DNA of 64,000 bases from Isurus oxyrinchus (taxonomy: Eukaryota). The translations under genes and the position numbers were made by a program. A model generated the notes under the pieces. The model saw only the letters and a program-made list of their open reading frames with translations. It was not told the origin of the DNA and ran no database searches. The stretch spans positions 208,196,001-208,260,000 of the forward strand of contig JANJGN010000002.1 of NCBI GenBank assembly GCA_026770705.1, read 5' to 3'. Of the stretch, positions 24,801-39,800 are shown piece by piece; the stretch's first letter is position 1, and each line of letters begins with the position of its first letter.

Positions 24801-27800
24801 TGAAACTAAATATATTGCTCTTGAAATACAGAGTAAACCAACATTATAGAGGCTAGAAGGATGTGTTGAAAACATGTGAAATGTATGGTCAAATATGAAT
24901 CAACTAAGCAAGGAATAATTTGATATATTTCTTGCAGATATTGATGAATGTGCAACCAACACATCAACCTGTCATCAAATCTGTACCAATACAATTGGAA
25001 GCTTCAGTTGCAGTTGCCGTCCTGGGTTTACCACCAATGTTACAAATACTTCTCTTTGTGATGGTAGGCGCTCTTCACATGAACAGATTCTCCGTTATTG
25101 ATTGTCTGTGAATTGCGCTTCATCAAACATCTGTCACTATATTGCAAATCTAATTGGCTTCAAGTAAGACTTGATACTCCTTAGTAACTAAATAATCAGA
25201 AGCTAAATAATATGATTAGTTGCGCTTTATGAAGGGCTATTTTATATTTGGATAATGTCACTGATGATATTGCAGTTGAATTTGAGAAATGTTGAATATT
25301 ATACAATTCAAAAGTAAGTGTTGCAAACATGTGATTTAAGTTGTCAATGCCTGCTTTCATGTCAATCAAACTGAGTGAGGAATAATTGGACATTGTTTTG
25401 CAGATATTGATGAATGTGCAACCAACACATCAACCTGTCAACAAATCTGCACCAATACAATTGGAAACTTCAATTGCAGTTGCGATCCTGGCTTTAGCAC
25501 CAATGTGACAAACACTTCTCTTTGTGATGGTAGGCAACATTCAAACAATCAGACCACTGAAATAAAAGCAAAAATAGATGCCAAAACTCAGTAGGTCTGA
25601 CAACATCTGTGGCGAAGAAAACAGAGTTATCGTTTTGAGTCTGTATGACTCGTCACATTTCTCTTCATTCTGATGCAGACTCATACGGACTCGAAACGTT
25701 AACCCTGACTTCCTCTCAACAAATGACTTGCTGAGTTTTTCCAGCTATTTATGTTTCTGTTTCAGATTTCCAGCATCTGCAGTATTTTGCTTTTGATCCC
25801 TGCAATTGATGTTTTGTGAATTGCGTTTCACGGAACAGCTATCTGTACATTGCTAATTGTCTTCACGCAAAGACTTGGTGCACTGTAATAATTAAGTAAA
25901 AAGAAGCTGACAATATATGTAATTATGCTGTGTAATGAGATATGCCATATTTGTAAGATGTCTTTTATAATATTGTTGTAGAATCATGGATGTGTTAATC
26001 ATGATAGAATCCAAAAGGAAGTGTTGCAAACATGTGATTTAAATTGTCAATGTATTCGCTTATTTTAATCAAACTGAGTGAGGATTGATTGGACTTTTAT
26101 GTGCAGATATTGATGAATGTGCAATCAACANNNNNNNNNNNNNNNNNNNNNNNNNNNNNNNNNNNNNNNNNNNNNNNNNNNNNNNNNNNNNNNNNNNNNN
26201 NNNNNNNNNNNNNNNNNNNNNNNNNNNNNNGAAGTGTTGCAAACATGTGATTTAAATTGTCAATGTATTTAATCGAACTGAGTGAGGATTGATTGGACTT
26301 TTTTGTGCAGATATTGATGAATGTGCAATCAACACATCAACCTGTCAACAAATCTGCACGAATACAATTGGAAGCTTCAATTGCAGTTGCCATCCTGGAT
26401 TTAGCACCAATGTGACAAACACTTCTCTTTGTGATGGTAGGTAACCTTCAAACATGCAGATTGTGACAAACTGATGATTGGCATATCACAATATATACAA
26501 CTGCTGCTAATGCTAGATGGCTATCAAAAATCTCTTTGTGTTACTTCACAGAAAAACACTCAGAGGTTGATAACAATAATCTATGTAATTGTACATCGTG
26601 GTTTCCATTGTGTTAAGTCATAGACTACAATGATATTACATGTATGATTCTGAATTTTGTATCAAAAGCACGTTCTTTGTGCTTCGGGACTTGCCATGAG
26701 CCAGGGATCCTGGTTGTTTTGCAACCATGGTGATAGGAATGTTGTAGTTTGTTGAGGGCAGCAGCAGAATGTCCTAGCCAGAGAATCAATAAATTAGTCA
26801 TTGTGATCTGTCTGAAATTTTTGCTGATTTCTGCATTGTGTGGAATCTTGCACTCTCCTCTTACATTGCTTGCAAGAAATGCCCATTTTCAATTTCATTG
26901 ATCATTGAGCAATATGATTTTGGAAATTAATATTTGAGGTGTTTTCCCAGTGCCTACCTCATGTGTGAATGTAGAAACTCAAGTCCTCTTCACAGAATGG
27001 ATATTGAGAATCAGCCCTTGCCTATGATATTCTCAATCTTTCGCCATCACCACTGGAATTTGCTGCTTATGCTGATGGCCTTTGCTCATACCTTGGAGCA
27101 TATGACACTGACCTGAGCCTGGGGTGATGAGCAAAAGGGCAGCACAATGACCCCTGAGGTCTGCAATGACCCTGACACAATCACAAATAGAATTTCTTCT
27201 ACAAGTATCAATGAATGTGCAATCAACACATCAGGATGTCAACAAATCTGCACCAATACAATTGGGAGCTTTACATGCTGTTGCCATCTAGGCTTCAGCA
27301 CCAAAATTTTCGCTTTGTGATGGTCTGAAATGTTTAAGCACAAATGTTGAAGCAAATAATACGTGGCTCATTCAGAATTAGGAAAAGAATGGATCACGAC
27401 AATAATCTATGCTAAAACACAATAGGGATCTTCTGGAAGCAAAATGTTGTGTTGGAGTAAAGCAGTCATTACTGGGAGATTATTAAAAAGTTCCCCAATT
27501 TCTGATAAATGGCTTGCACTTTGCACTTCAGGACTTGCCATTATTTAACATTGTTGAGCCGAAGCCTACTAAGTAGCTGTAACATTGTAGGTTAGAGAGC
27601 ACAGAACGAAAAGTTTCATGGCCAAAAACAACAAATCAATAATTTAGTCATTATATGGCCAGCTGTTATATTTGACGGAGAATTGAAACTAAATATATTG
27701 CTCTTGAAATACAGAGTAAACCAACATTATAGAGGCTAGAAGGATGTGTTGAAAACATGTGAAATGTATGGTCAAATATGAATCAACTAAGCAAGGAATA

Positions 27801-30800
27801 ATTTGATATATTTCTTGCAGATATTGATGAATGTGCAACCAACACATCAACCTGTCATCAAATCTGTACCAATACAATTGGAAGCTTCAGTTGCAGTTGC
27901 CGTCCTGGGTTTACCACCAATGTTACAAATACTTCTCTTTGTGATGGTAGGCGCTCTTCACATGAACAGATTCTCCGTTATTGATTGTCTGTGAATTGCG
28001 CTTCATCAAACATCTGTCACTATATTGCAAATCTAATTGGCTTCAAGTAAGACTTGATACTCCTTAGTAACTAAATAATCAGAAGCTAAATAATATGATT
28101 AGTTGCGCTTTATGAAGGGCTATTTTATATTTGGATAATGTCACTGATGATATTGCAGTTGAATTTGAGAAATGTTGAATATTATACAATTCAAAAGTAA
28201 GTGTTGCAAACATGTGATTTAAGTTGTCAATGCCTGCTTTCATGTCAATCAAACTGAGTGAGGAATAATTGGACATTGTTTTGCAGATATTGATGAATGT
28301 GCAACCAACACATCAACCTGTCAACAAATCTGCACCAATACAATTGGAAACTTCATTGCAGTTGCGATCCTGGCTTTAGCACCAATGTGACAAACACTTC
28401 TCTTTGTGATGGTAGGCAACATTCAAACAATCAGACCACTGAAATAAAAGCAAAAATAGATGCCAAAACTCAGTAGGTCTGACAACATCTGTGGCGAAGA
28501 AAACAGAGTTATCGTTTTGAGTCTGTATGACTCGTCACATTTCTCTTCATTCTGATGCAGACTCATACGGACTCGAAACGTTAACCCTGACTTCCTCTCA
28601 ACAAATGACTTGCTGAGTTTTTCCAGCTATTTATGTTTCTGTTTCAGATTTCCAGCATCTGCAGTATTTTGCTTTTGATCCCTGCAATTGATGTTTTGTG
28701 AATTGCGTTTCACGGAACAGCTATCTGTACATTGCTAATTGTCTTCACGCAAAGACTTGGTGCACTGTAATAATTAAGTAAAAAGAAGCTGACAATATAT
28801 GTAATTATGCTGTGTAATGAGATATGCCATATTTGTAAGATGTCTTTTATAATATTGTTGTAGAATCATGGATGTGTTAATCATGATAGAATCCAAAAGG
28901 AAGTGTTGCAAACATGTGATTTAAATTGTCAATGTATTCGCTTATTTTAATCAAACTGAGTGAGGATTGATTGGACTTTTATGTGCAGATATTGATGAAT
29001 GTGCAATCAACACATCAACCTGTCAACAAATCTGCACAAATACAATTGGAAGCTTCAATTGCAGTTGCCATCCTGGATTTAGTTTGTCACCAATGTGACA
29101 AACACCTCTCATTGTGATGGAAGGCAATCTTCAAACATGCAGATTGTGACAAACTGATGATTGGCATATCACACTGCATCCAACAGCTCCAAATGCTAGA
29201 TGGCTATCAAGAAACTCTTTGTGTTAATTCACAAAAAAACATTCAGGTTGATTACAATAATCTGTGTCTGTATGCAATCATTATAGGTTGATTGCACATT
29301 GTGGTTTCCATTGTGTTAAATTTCTAGACTACAATGATGTTACATGTAGGATTAAAAATTTTAGATCAACTTTGCACTTCCGGACTTGCCATGAGCAAGG
29401 AATCCTGGTTGTTTTGCATCCATCGTGGAGGAATGTTGTAGTTTGTTGAGGGCAGCAGCAGAATGTCCTAATCAAGAGAATCAATACATTAGTCACTGTG
29501 ATCGGTCTGAGATCATTGCTCATTTCTGCATAGCTTGGAGTCTTGCACTTTCCTCTTCCATTGACTGGAAGAAACGCCCAGTTTCAATTTCACTGACCAT
29601 TGAGCAATAATGATTTTGGAAATTAACATTTGAGGTGTTTTCCCATTGCCTACCTCGTGTGAATTTAGAAACGCAAGTCCTCTTCAAGGAATGGAAATTG
29701 AGAATCAGCCCTTGCCTATGGTGTTCTAGTTCTTTCGCCATCACCACTGGAATTTGCTGCTTATGCTGATGGCCTTGGCTCATACCTTGGAGCATGTGAC
29801 CCTGACCAGAACCTGGGTGATGAGCAAAACGGCAGGCACAACAACCCCTAAGGTCTGCAAAGACACAACCACAAATAGACTTTTTTCTACAAGTATTGCT
29901 GAATGCGCAATCAACATATCAAGATGTCACAAATCTGTGACATACAAATGGCAGCTTTACAATGCTGTTGCCATCCAGACTACAGCACCAAAATCTTCAC
30001 TATGTGATGGTCTGAAATGTTTAAGCGCAAATCTTTATGGGTTGGAGCAAATAATACATGGCTCATTCAGAATTAGAAAATGAATGGATCACAACAATAA
30101 TCTGCGCCACATCACAATAGGGATCTTCTGGCAGCAGAATGTTGTGTTGGAGTTAAGCCATCATTGCTAAGAGATTGTTAAAAAGTTCCCCAATTTCTGA
30201 TAAACGGCCCGAAATTTGCACGTCTGGATTTGCCATTATTTAATATTGTTGAGCCTCAGCCTACAAAGCGGCTGTCACGTTGCAGGTTAGAGGGCACAGA
30301 AACATGGTCTCATGGCCAAAAACAACAGTACAATAATTTAGCCATTATATGGCCATCTGTTATATTAGACGGAGAAGTGAAACTAAATATATTGCTCTTC
30401 AAATACAAGAAAAACAACATTATAGAGGCTAGAAGGATGTGTTGAAAACACGTGAAACTGTGTGGTGAAATGTGAATCAACTAAGCAAGGAATAATTTGA
30501 TATAATTCTTGCAGATATTGATGAATGTGCAACCAGCACATCAACCTGTCATCAAATCTGTACCAATACAATTGGAAGCTTCAATTGCAGTTGCCGTCCT
30601 GGGTTTACCACCAATGTTACAAACGCTTCTCTTTGTGATGGTAGGCACTCTTCACATAAACAGATTCTCTGTTATTGATTGTTTGTGAATTGCGCTTCGT
30701 TGAACATCTATCACAATATTGCAAATCTAATTGGCTTCAAGCAAGACTTGGTGCTCCTTAGTAACTAAATAATCAGAAGCTAAATAAAATGTTTAGTAGC

Positions 30801-33800
30801 GCTTTATGAAGGGATATTTTGTATTTGGCAGATATCACTGATGATATTGCTGTTGAATTACACAAATGTTGAATATTATACAATTCAAAAGTAAGTGTTG
30901 CAAACGTGATTTAAGTTGCCAATACCTGCTTTCATGTCAATCAAACTGAGCGAGGAATAATTGGACATTGTTTTGCAGATATTGATGAATGTGCAACCAA
31001 CACATCAACCTGTCAACAAATCTGCACCAATACGTTTGGAAGCTTCAATTGCAGTTGCGATCCTGGATTTGGCACCAATGTGACAAACACTTCTCTTTGT
31101 GATGGTAGGCAATTTTGAAACAATCAGACCCCTGCAATAATAACAAAAATAGCTGGAAAAACTCAGCAGGTCTGATAGCGTCTGTGGAGAGGAAGACAGA
31201 GTTAATGTTTTGAGTCCGTTTGACACTTCACATTTCTCTTCATTCTGATGAAGACGCATACAGACTCGAAACGTTAACCCTGACTTCCTCTCCACATATG
31301 CTGTGAGACCTGTTGAGTTTATTCAGCTACTTATGTTTATGTTTTTGTTTCAGACTTCCAGCATCTGCAGTATTTTGCTTTTGATCCCTGCAATTGATGA
31401 TTTGTGAATTGCGTTTCACTGAACAGCTATCAGAAGATTGCTAATTGTCTTCATGCAAAGTCTTGGTGCGCCCTAATAATTAATAATAAGAAGCTGACAA
31501 TATATGTAGTAATGCTTTGTAATGAGATATACCATATTTGGAAGATGTCTTTTATAAAATTGTTGTTGAATCATGGATGTGTTAATCAGGATGGAATCCA
31601 AAAGGAAGTGTTGCAAACATGTGATTTAAATTGTCAATGTATTTTAATCGAACTGAGTGAGGATTGATTGGACTTTTTTGTGCAGATATTGATGAATGTG
31701 CAATCAACACATCAACCTGTCAACAAATCTGCACGAATACAATTGGAAGCTTCAATTGCAGTTGCCATCCTGGATTTAGCACCAATGTGACAAACACTTC
31801 TCTTTGTGATGGTAGGTAACCTTCAAACATGCAGATTGTGACAAACTGATGATTGGCATATCACAATATATACAACTGCTGCTAATGCTAGATGGCTATC
31901 AAAAATCTCTTTGTGTTACTTCACAGAAAAACACTCAGAGGTTGATAACAATAATCTATGTAATTGTACATCGTGGTTTCCATTGTGTTAAAGTCATAGA
32001 CTACAATGATATTACATGTATGATTCTGAATTTTGTATCAAAAGCACGTTCTTTGTGCTTCGGGACTTGCCATGAGCCAGGGATCCTGGTTGTTTTGCAA
32101 CCATGGTGATAGGAATGTTGTAGTTTGTTGAGGGCAGCAGCAGAATGTCCTAGCCAGAGAATCAATAAATTAGTCATTGTGATCTGTCTGAAATTTTTGC
32201 TGATTTCTGCATTGTGTGGAATCTTGCACTCTCCTCTTACATTGCTTGCAAGAAATGCCCATTTTCAATTTCATTGATCATTGAGCAATATGATTTTGGA
32301 AATTAATATTTGAGGTGTTTTCCCAGTGCCTACCTCATGTGTGAATGTAGAAACTCAAGTCCTCTTCACAGAATGGATATTGAGAATCAGCCCTTGCCTA
32401 TGATATTCTCAATCTTTCGCCATCACCACTGGAATTTGCTGCTTATGCTGATGGCCTTTGCTCATACCTTGGAGCATATGACACTGACCTGAGCCTGGGG
32501 TGATGAGCAAAAGGGCAGGCACAATGACCCCTGAGGTCTGCAATGACCCTGACACAATCACAAATAGAATTTCTTCTACAAGTATCAATGAATGTGCAAT
32601 CAACACATCAGGATGTCAACAAATCTGCACCAATACAATTGGGAGCTTTACATGCTGTTGCCATCTAGGCTTCAGCACCAAAATTTTCGCTTTGTGATGG
32701 TCTGAAATGTTTAAGCACAAATGTTGAAGCAAATAATACGTGGCTCATTCAGAATTAGGAAAAGAATGGATCACGACAATAATCTATGCTAAAACACAAT
32801 AGGGATCTTCTGGAAGCAAAATGTTGTGTTGGAGTAAAGCAGTCATTACTGGGAGATTATTAAAAAGTTCCCCAATTTCTGATAAATGGCTTGCACTTTG
32901 CACTTCAGGACTTGCCATTATTTAACATTGTTGAGCCGAAGCCTACTAAGTAGCTGTAACATTGTAGGTTAGAGAGCACAGAAGAAAAGTTTCATGGCCA
33001 AAAACAACAAATCAATAATTTAGTCATTATATGGCCAGCTGTTATATTTGACGGAGAATTGAAACTAAATATATTGCTCTTGAAATACAGAGTAAACCAA
33101 CATTATAGAGGCTAGAAGGATGTGTTGAAAACATGTGAAATGTATGGTCAAATATGAATCAACTAAGCAAGGAATAATTTGATATATTTCTTGCAGATAT
33201 TGATGAATGTGCAACCAACACATCAACCTGTCATCAAATCTGTACCAATACAATTGGAAGCTTCAGTTGCAGTTGCCGTCCTGGGTTTACCACCAATGTT
33301 ACAAATACTTCTCTTTGTGATGGTAGGCGCTCTTCACATGAACAGATTCTCCGTTATTGATTGTCTGTGAATTGCGCTTCATCAAACATCTGTCACTATA
33401 TTGCAAATCTAATTGGCTTCAAGTAAGACTTGATACTCCTTAGTAACTAAATAATCAGAAGCTAAATAATATGATTAGTTGCGCTTTATGAAGGGCTATT
33501 TTATATTTGGATAATGTCACTGATGATATTGCAGTTGAATTTGAGAAATGTTGAATATTATACAATTCAAAAGTAAGTGTTGCAAACATGTGATTTAAGT
33601 TGTCAATGCCTGCTTTCATGTCAATCAAACTGAGTGAGGAATAATTGGACATTGTTTTGCAGATATTGATGAATGTGCAACCAACACATCAACCTGTCAA
33701 CAAATCTGCACCAATACAATTGGAAACTTCAATTGCAGTTGCGATCCTGGCTTTAGCACCAATGTGACAAACACTTCTCTTTGTGATGGTAGGCAACATT

Positions 33801-36800
33801 CAAACAATCAGACCACTGAAATAAAAGCAAAAATAGATGCCAAAACTCAGTAGGTCTGACAACATCTGTGGCGAAGAAAACAGAGTTATCGTTTTGAGTC
33901 TGTATGACTCGTCACATTTCTCTTCATTCTGATGCAGACTCATACGGACTCGAAACGTTAACCCTGACTTCCTCTCAACAAATGACTTGCTGAGTTTTTC
34001 CAGCTATTTATGTTTCTGTTTCAGATTTCCAGCATCTGCAGTATTTTGCTTTTGATCCCTGCAATTGATGTTTTGTGAATTGCGTTTCACGGAACAGCTA
34101 TCTGTACATTGCTAATTGTCTTCACGCAAAGACTTGGTGCACTGTAATAATTAAGTAAAAAGAAGCTGACAATATATGTAATTATGCTGTGTAATGAGAT
34201 ATGCCATATTTGTAAGATGTCTTTTATAATATTGTTGTAGAATCATGGATGTGTTAATCATGATAGAATCCAAAAGGAAGTGTTGCAAACATGTGATTTA
34301 AATTGTCAATGTATTCGCTTATTTTAATCAAACTGAGTGAGGATTGATTGGACTTTTATGTGCAGATATTGATGAATGTGCAATCAACACATCAACCTGT
34401 CAACAAATCTGCACAAATACAATTGGAAGCTTCAATTGCAGTTGCCATCCTGGATTTAGTTTGTCACCAATGTGACAAACACCTCTCATTGTGATGGAAG
34501 GCAATCTTCAAACATGCAGATTGTGACAAACTGATGATTGGCATATCACACTGCATCCAACAGCTCCAAATGCTAGATGGCTATCAAGAAACTCTTTGTG
34601 TTAATTCACAAAAAACATTCAGGTTGATTACAATAATCTGTGTCTGTATGCAATCATTATAGGTTGATTGCACATTGTGGTTTCCATTGTGTTAAATTTC
34701 TAGACTACAATGATGTTACATGTAGGATTAAAAATTTTAGATCAACTTTGCACTTCCGGACTTGCCATGAGCAAGGAATCCTGGTTGTTTTGCATCCATC
34801 GTGGGAGGAATGTTGTAGTTTGTTGAGGGCAGCAGCAGAATGTCCTAATCAAGAGAATCAATACATTAGTCACTGTGATCGGTCTGAGATCATTGCTCAT
34901 TTCTGCATAGCTTGGAGTCTTGCACTTTCCTCTTCCATTGACTGGAAGAAACGCCCAGTTTCAATTTCACTGACCATTGAGCAATAATGATTTTGGAAAT
35001 TAACATTTGAGGTGTTTTCCCATTGCCTACCTCGTGTGAATTTAGAAACGCAAGTCCTCTTCAAGGAATGGAAATTGAGAATCAGCCCTTGCCTATGGTG
35101 TTCTAGTTCTTTCGCCATCACCACTGGAATTTGCTGCTTATGCTGATGGCCTTGGCTCATACCTTGGAGCATGTGACCCTGACCAGAACCTGGGGTGATG
35201 AGCAAAACGGCAGGCACAACAACCCCTAAGGTCTGCAAAGACACAACCACAAATAGACTTTTTTCTACAAGTATTGCTGAATGCGCAATCAACATATCAA
35301 GATGTCAACAAATCTGTGACATACAAATGGCAGCTTTACAATGCTGTTGCCATCCAGACTACAGCACCAAAATCTTCACTATGTGATGGTCTGAAATGTT
35401 TAAGCGCAAATCTTTATGGGTTGGAGCAAATAATACATGGCTCATTCAGAATTAGAAAATGAATGGATCACAACAATAATCTGCGCCACATCACAATAGG
35501 GATCTTCTGGCAGCAGAATGTTGTGTTGGAGTTAAGCCATCATTGCTAAGAGATTGTTAAAAAGTTCCCCAATTTCTGATAAACGGCCCGAAATTTGCAC
35601 GTCTGGATTTGCCATTATTTAATATTGTTGAGCCTCAGCCTACAAAGCGGCTGTCACGTTGCAGGTTAGAGGGCACAGAAACATGGTCTCATGGCCAAAA
35701 ACAACAGTACAATAATTTAGCCATTATATGGCCATCTGTTATATTAGACGGAGAAGTGAAACTAAATATATTGCTCTTCAAATACAAGAAAAACAACATT
35801 ATAGAGGCTAGAAGGATGTGTTGAAAACACGTGAAACTGTGTGGTGAAATGTGAATCAACTAAGCAAGGAATAATTTGATATAATTCTTGCAGATATTGA
35901 TGAATGTGCAACCAGCACATCAACCTGTCATCAAATCTGTACCAATACAATTGGAAGCTTCAATTGCAGTTGCCGTCCTGGGTTTACCACCAATGTTACA
36001 AACGCTTCTCTTTGTGATGGTAGGCACTCTTCACATAAACAGATTCTCTGTTATTGATTGTTTGTGAATTGCGCTTCGTTGAACATCTATCACAATATTG
36101 CAAATCTAATTGGCTTCAAGCAAGACTTGGTGCTCCTTAGTAACTAAATAATCAGAAGCTAAATAAAATGTTTAGTAGCGCTTTATGAAGGGATATTTTG
36201 TATTTGGCAGATATCACTGATGATATTGCTGTTGAATTACACAAATGTTGAATATTATACAATTCAAAAGTAAGTGTTGCAAACGTGATTTAAGTTGCCA
36301 ATACCTGCTTTCATGTCAATCAAACTGAGCGAGGAATAATTGGACATTGTTTTGCAGATATTGATGAATGTGCAACCAACACATCAACCTGTCAACAAAT
36401 CTGCACCAATACGTTTGGAAGCTTCAATTGCAGTTGCGATCCTGGATTTGGCACCAATGTGACAAACACTTCTCTTTGTGATGGTAGGCAATTTTGAAAC
36501 AATCAGACCCCTGCAATAATAACAAAAATAGCTGGAAAAACTCAGCAGGTCTGATAGCGTCTGTGGAGAGGAAGACAGAGTTAATGTTTTGAGTCCGTTT
36601 GACACTTCACATTTCTCTTCATTCTGATGAAGACGCATACAGACTCGAAACGTTAACCCTGACTTCCTCTCCACATATGCTGTGAGACCTGTTGAGTTTA
36701 TTCAGCTACTTATGTTTATGTTTTTGTTTCAGACTTCCAGCATCTGCAGTATTTTGCTTTTGATCCCTGCAATTGATGATTTGTGAATTGCGTTTCACTG

Positions 36801-39800
36801 AACAGCTATCAGAAGATTGCTAATTGTCTTCATGCAAAGTCTTGGTGCGCCCTAATAATTAATAATAAGAAGCTGACAATATATGTAGTAATGCTTTGTA
36901 ATGAGATATACCATATTTGGAAGATGTCTTTTATAAAATTGTTGTTGAATCATGGATGTGTTAATCAGGATGGAATCCAAAAGGAAGTGTTGCAAACATG
37001 TGATTTAAATTGTCAATGTATTTTAATCGAACTGAGTGAGGATTGATTGGACTTTTTTGTGCAGATATTGATGAATGTGCAATCAACACATCAACCTGTC
37101 AACAAATCTGCACGAATACAATTGGAAGCTTCAATTGCAGTTGCCATCCTGGATTTAGCACCAATGTGACAAACACTTCTCTTTGTGATGGTAGGTAACC
37201 TTCAAACATGCAGATTGTGACAAACTGATGATTGGCATATCACAATATATACAACTGCTGCTAATGCTAGATGGCTATCAAAAATCTCTTTGTGTTACTT
37301 CACAGAAAAACACTCAGAGGTTGATAACAATAATCTATGTAATTGTACATCGTGGTTTCCATTGTGTTAAAGTCATAGACTACAATGATATTACATGTAT
37401 GATTCTGAATTTTGTATCAAAAGCACGTTCTTTGTGCTTCGGGACTTGCCATGAGCCAGGGATCCTGGTTGTTTTGCAACCATGGTGATAGGAATGTTGT
37501 AGTTTGTTGAGGGCAGCAGCAGAATGTCCTAGCCAGAGAATCAATAAATTAGTCATTGTGATCTGTCTGAAATTTTTGCTGATTTCTGCATTGTGTGGAA
37601 TCTTGCACTCTCCTCTTACATTGCTTGCAAGAAATGCCCATTTTCAATTTCATTGATCATTGAGCAATATGATTTTGGAAATTAATATTTGAGGTGTTTT
37701 CCCAGTGCCTACCTCATGTGTGAATGTAGAAACTCAAGTCCTCTTCACAGAATGGATATTGAGAATCAGCCCTTGCCTATGATATTCTCAATCTTTCGCC
37801 ATCACCACTGGAATTTGCTGCTTATGCTGATGGCCTTTGCTCATACCTTGGAGCATATGACACTGACCTGAGCCTGGGGTGATGAGCAAAAGGGCAGGCA
37901 CAATGACCCCTGAGGTCTGCAATGACCCTGACACAATCACAAATAGAATTTCTTCTACAAGTATCAATGAATGTGCAATCAACACATCAGGATGTCAACA
38001 AATCTGCACCAATACAATTGGGAGCTTTACATGCTGTTGCCATCTAGGCTTCAGCACCAAAATTTTCGCTTTGTGATGGTCTGAAATGTTTAAGCACAAA
38101 TGTTGAAGCAAATAATACGTGGCTCATTCAGAATTAGGAAAAGAATGGATCACGACAATAATCTATGCTAAAACACAATAGGGATCTTCTGGAAGCAAAA
38201 TGTTGTGTTGGAGTAAAGCAGTCATTACTGGGAGATTATTAAAAAGTTCCCCAATTTCTGATAAATGGCTTGCACTTTGCACTTCAGGACTTGCCATTAT
38301 TTAACATTGTTGAGCCGAAGCCTACTAAGTAGCTGTAACATTGTAGGTTAGAGAGCACAGAAGAAAAGTTTCATGGCCAAAAACAACAAATCAATAATTT
38401 AGTCATTATATGGCCAGCTGTTATATTTGACGGAGAATTGAAACTAAATATATTGCTCTTGAAATACAGAGTAAACCAACATTATAGAGGCTAGAAGGAT
38501 GTGTTGAAAACATGTGAAATGTATGGTCAAATATGAATCAACTAAGCAAGGAATAATTTGATATATTTCTTGCAGATATTGATGAATGTGCAACCAACAC
38601 ATCAACCTGTCATCAAATCTGTACCAATACAATTGGAAGCTTCAGTTGCAGTTGCCGTCCTGGGTTTACCACCAATGTTACAAATACTTCTCTTTGTGAT
38701 GGTAGGCGCTCTTCACATGAACAGATTCTCCGTTATTGATTGTCTGTGAATTGCGCTTCATCAAACATCTGTCACTATATTGCAAATCTAATTGGCTTCA
38801 AGTAAGACTTGATACTCCTTAGTAACTAAATAATCAGAAGCTAAATAATATGATTAGTTGCGCTTTATGAAGGGCTATTTTATATTTGGATAATGTCACT
38901 GATGATATTGCAGTTGAATTTGAGAAATGTTGAATATTATACAATTCAAAAGTAAGTGTTGCAAACATGTGATTTAAGTTGTCAATGCCTGCTTTCATGT
39001 CAATCAAACTGAGTGAGGAATAATTGGACATTGTTTTGCAGATATTGATGAATGTGCAACCAACACATCAACCTGTCAACAAATCTGCACCAATACAATT
39101 GGAAACTTCAATTGCAGTTGCGATCCTGGCTTTAGCACCAATGTGACAAACACTTCTCTTTGTGATGGTAGGCAACATTCAAACAATCAGACCACTGAAA
39201 TAAAAGCAAAAATAGATGCCAAAACTCAGTAGGTCTGACAACATCTGTGGCGAAGAAAACAGAGTTATCGTTTTGAGTCTGTATGACTCGTCACATTTCT
39301 CTTCATTCTGATGCAGACTCATACGGACTCGAAACGTTAACCCTGACTTCCTCTCAACAAATGACTTGCTGAGTTTTTCCAGCTATTTATGTTTCTGTTT
39401 CAGATTTCCAGCATCTGCAGTATTTTGCTTTTGATCCCTGCAATTGATGTTTTGTGAATTGCGTTTCACGGAACAGCTATCTGTACATTGCTAATTGTCT
39501 TCACGCAAAGACTTGGTGCACTGTAATAATTAAGTAAAAAGAAGCTGACAATATATGTAATTATGCTGTGTAATGAGATATGCCATATTTGTAAGATGTC
39601 TTTTATAATATTGTTGTAGAATCATGGATGTGTTAATCATGATAGAATCCAAAAGGAAGTGTTGCAAACATGTGATTTAAATTGTCAATGTATTCGCTTA
39701 TTTTAATCAAACTGAGTGAGGATTGATTGGACTTTTATGTGCAGATATTGATGAATGTGCAATCAACACATCAACCTGTCAACAAATCTGCACAAATACA

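Larger units (their letters stand above)
1..26130 (+). repeat. Tandem array of 5379-bp higher-order repeat, ~4.9 copies (pre-gap)
   Basis: All ORFs and exons recur at exact offsets 5379, 10758, 16137 and 21516; only a handful of SNPs seen. Confidence 0.97.

Noticed and set aside
28287-28411. Frameshifted B2 exon as evidence that the whole gene is a pseudogene
   Set aside because: It lies in an indel-rich stretch next to the assembly gap, and all eight other B2 copies are intact.
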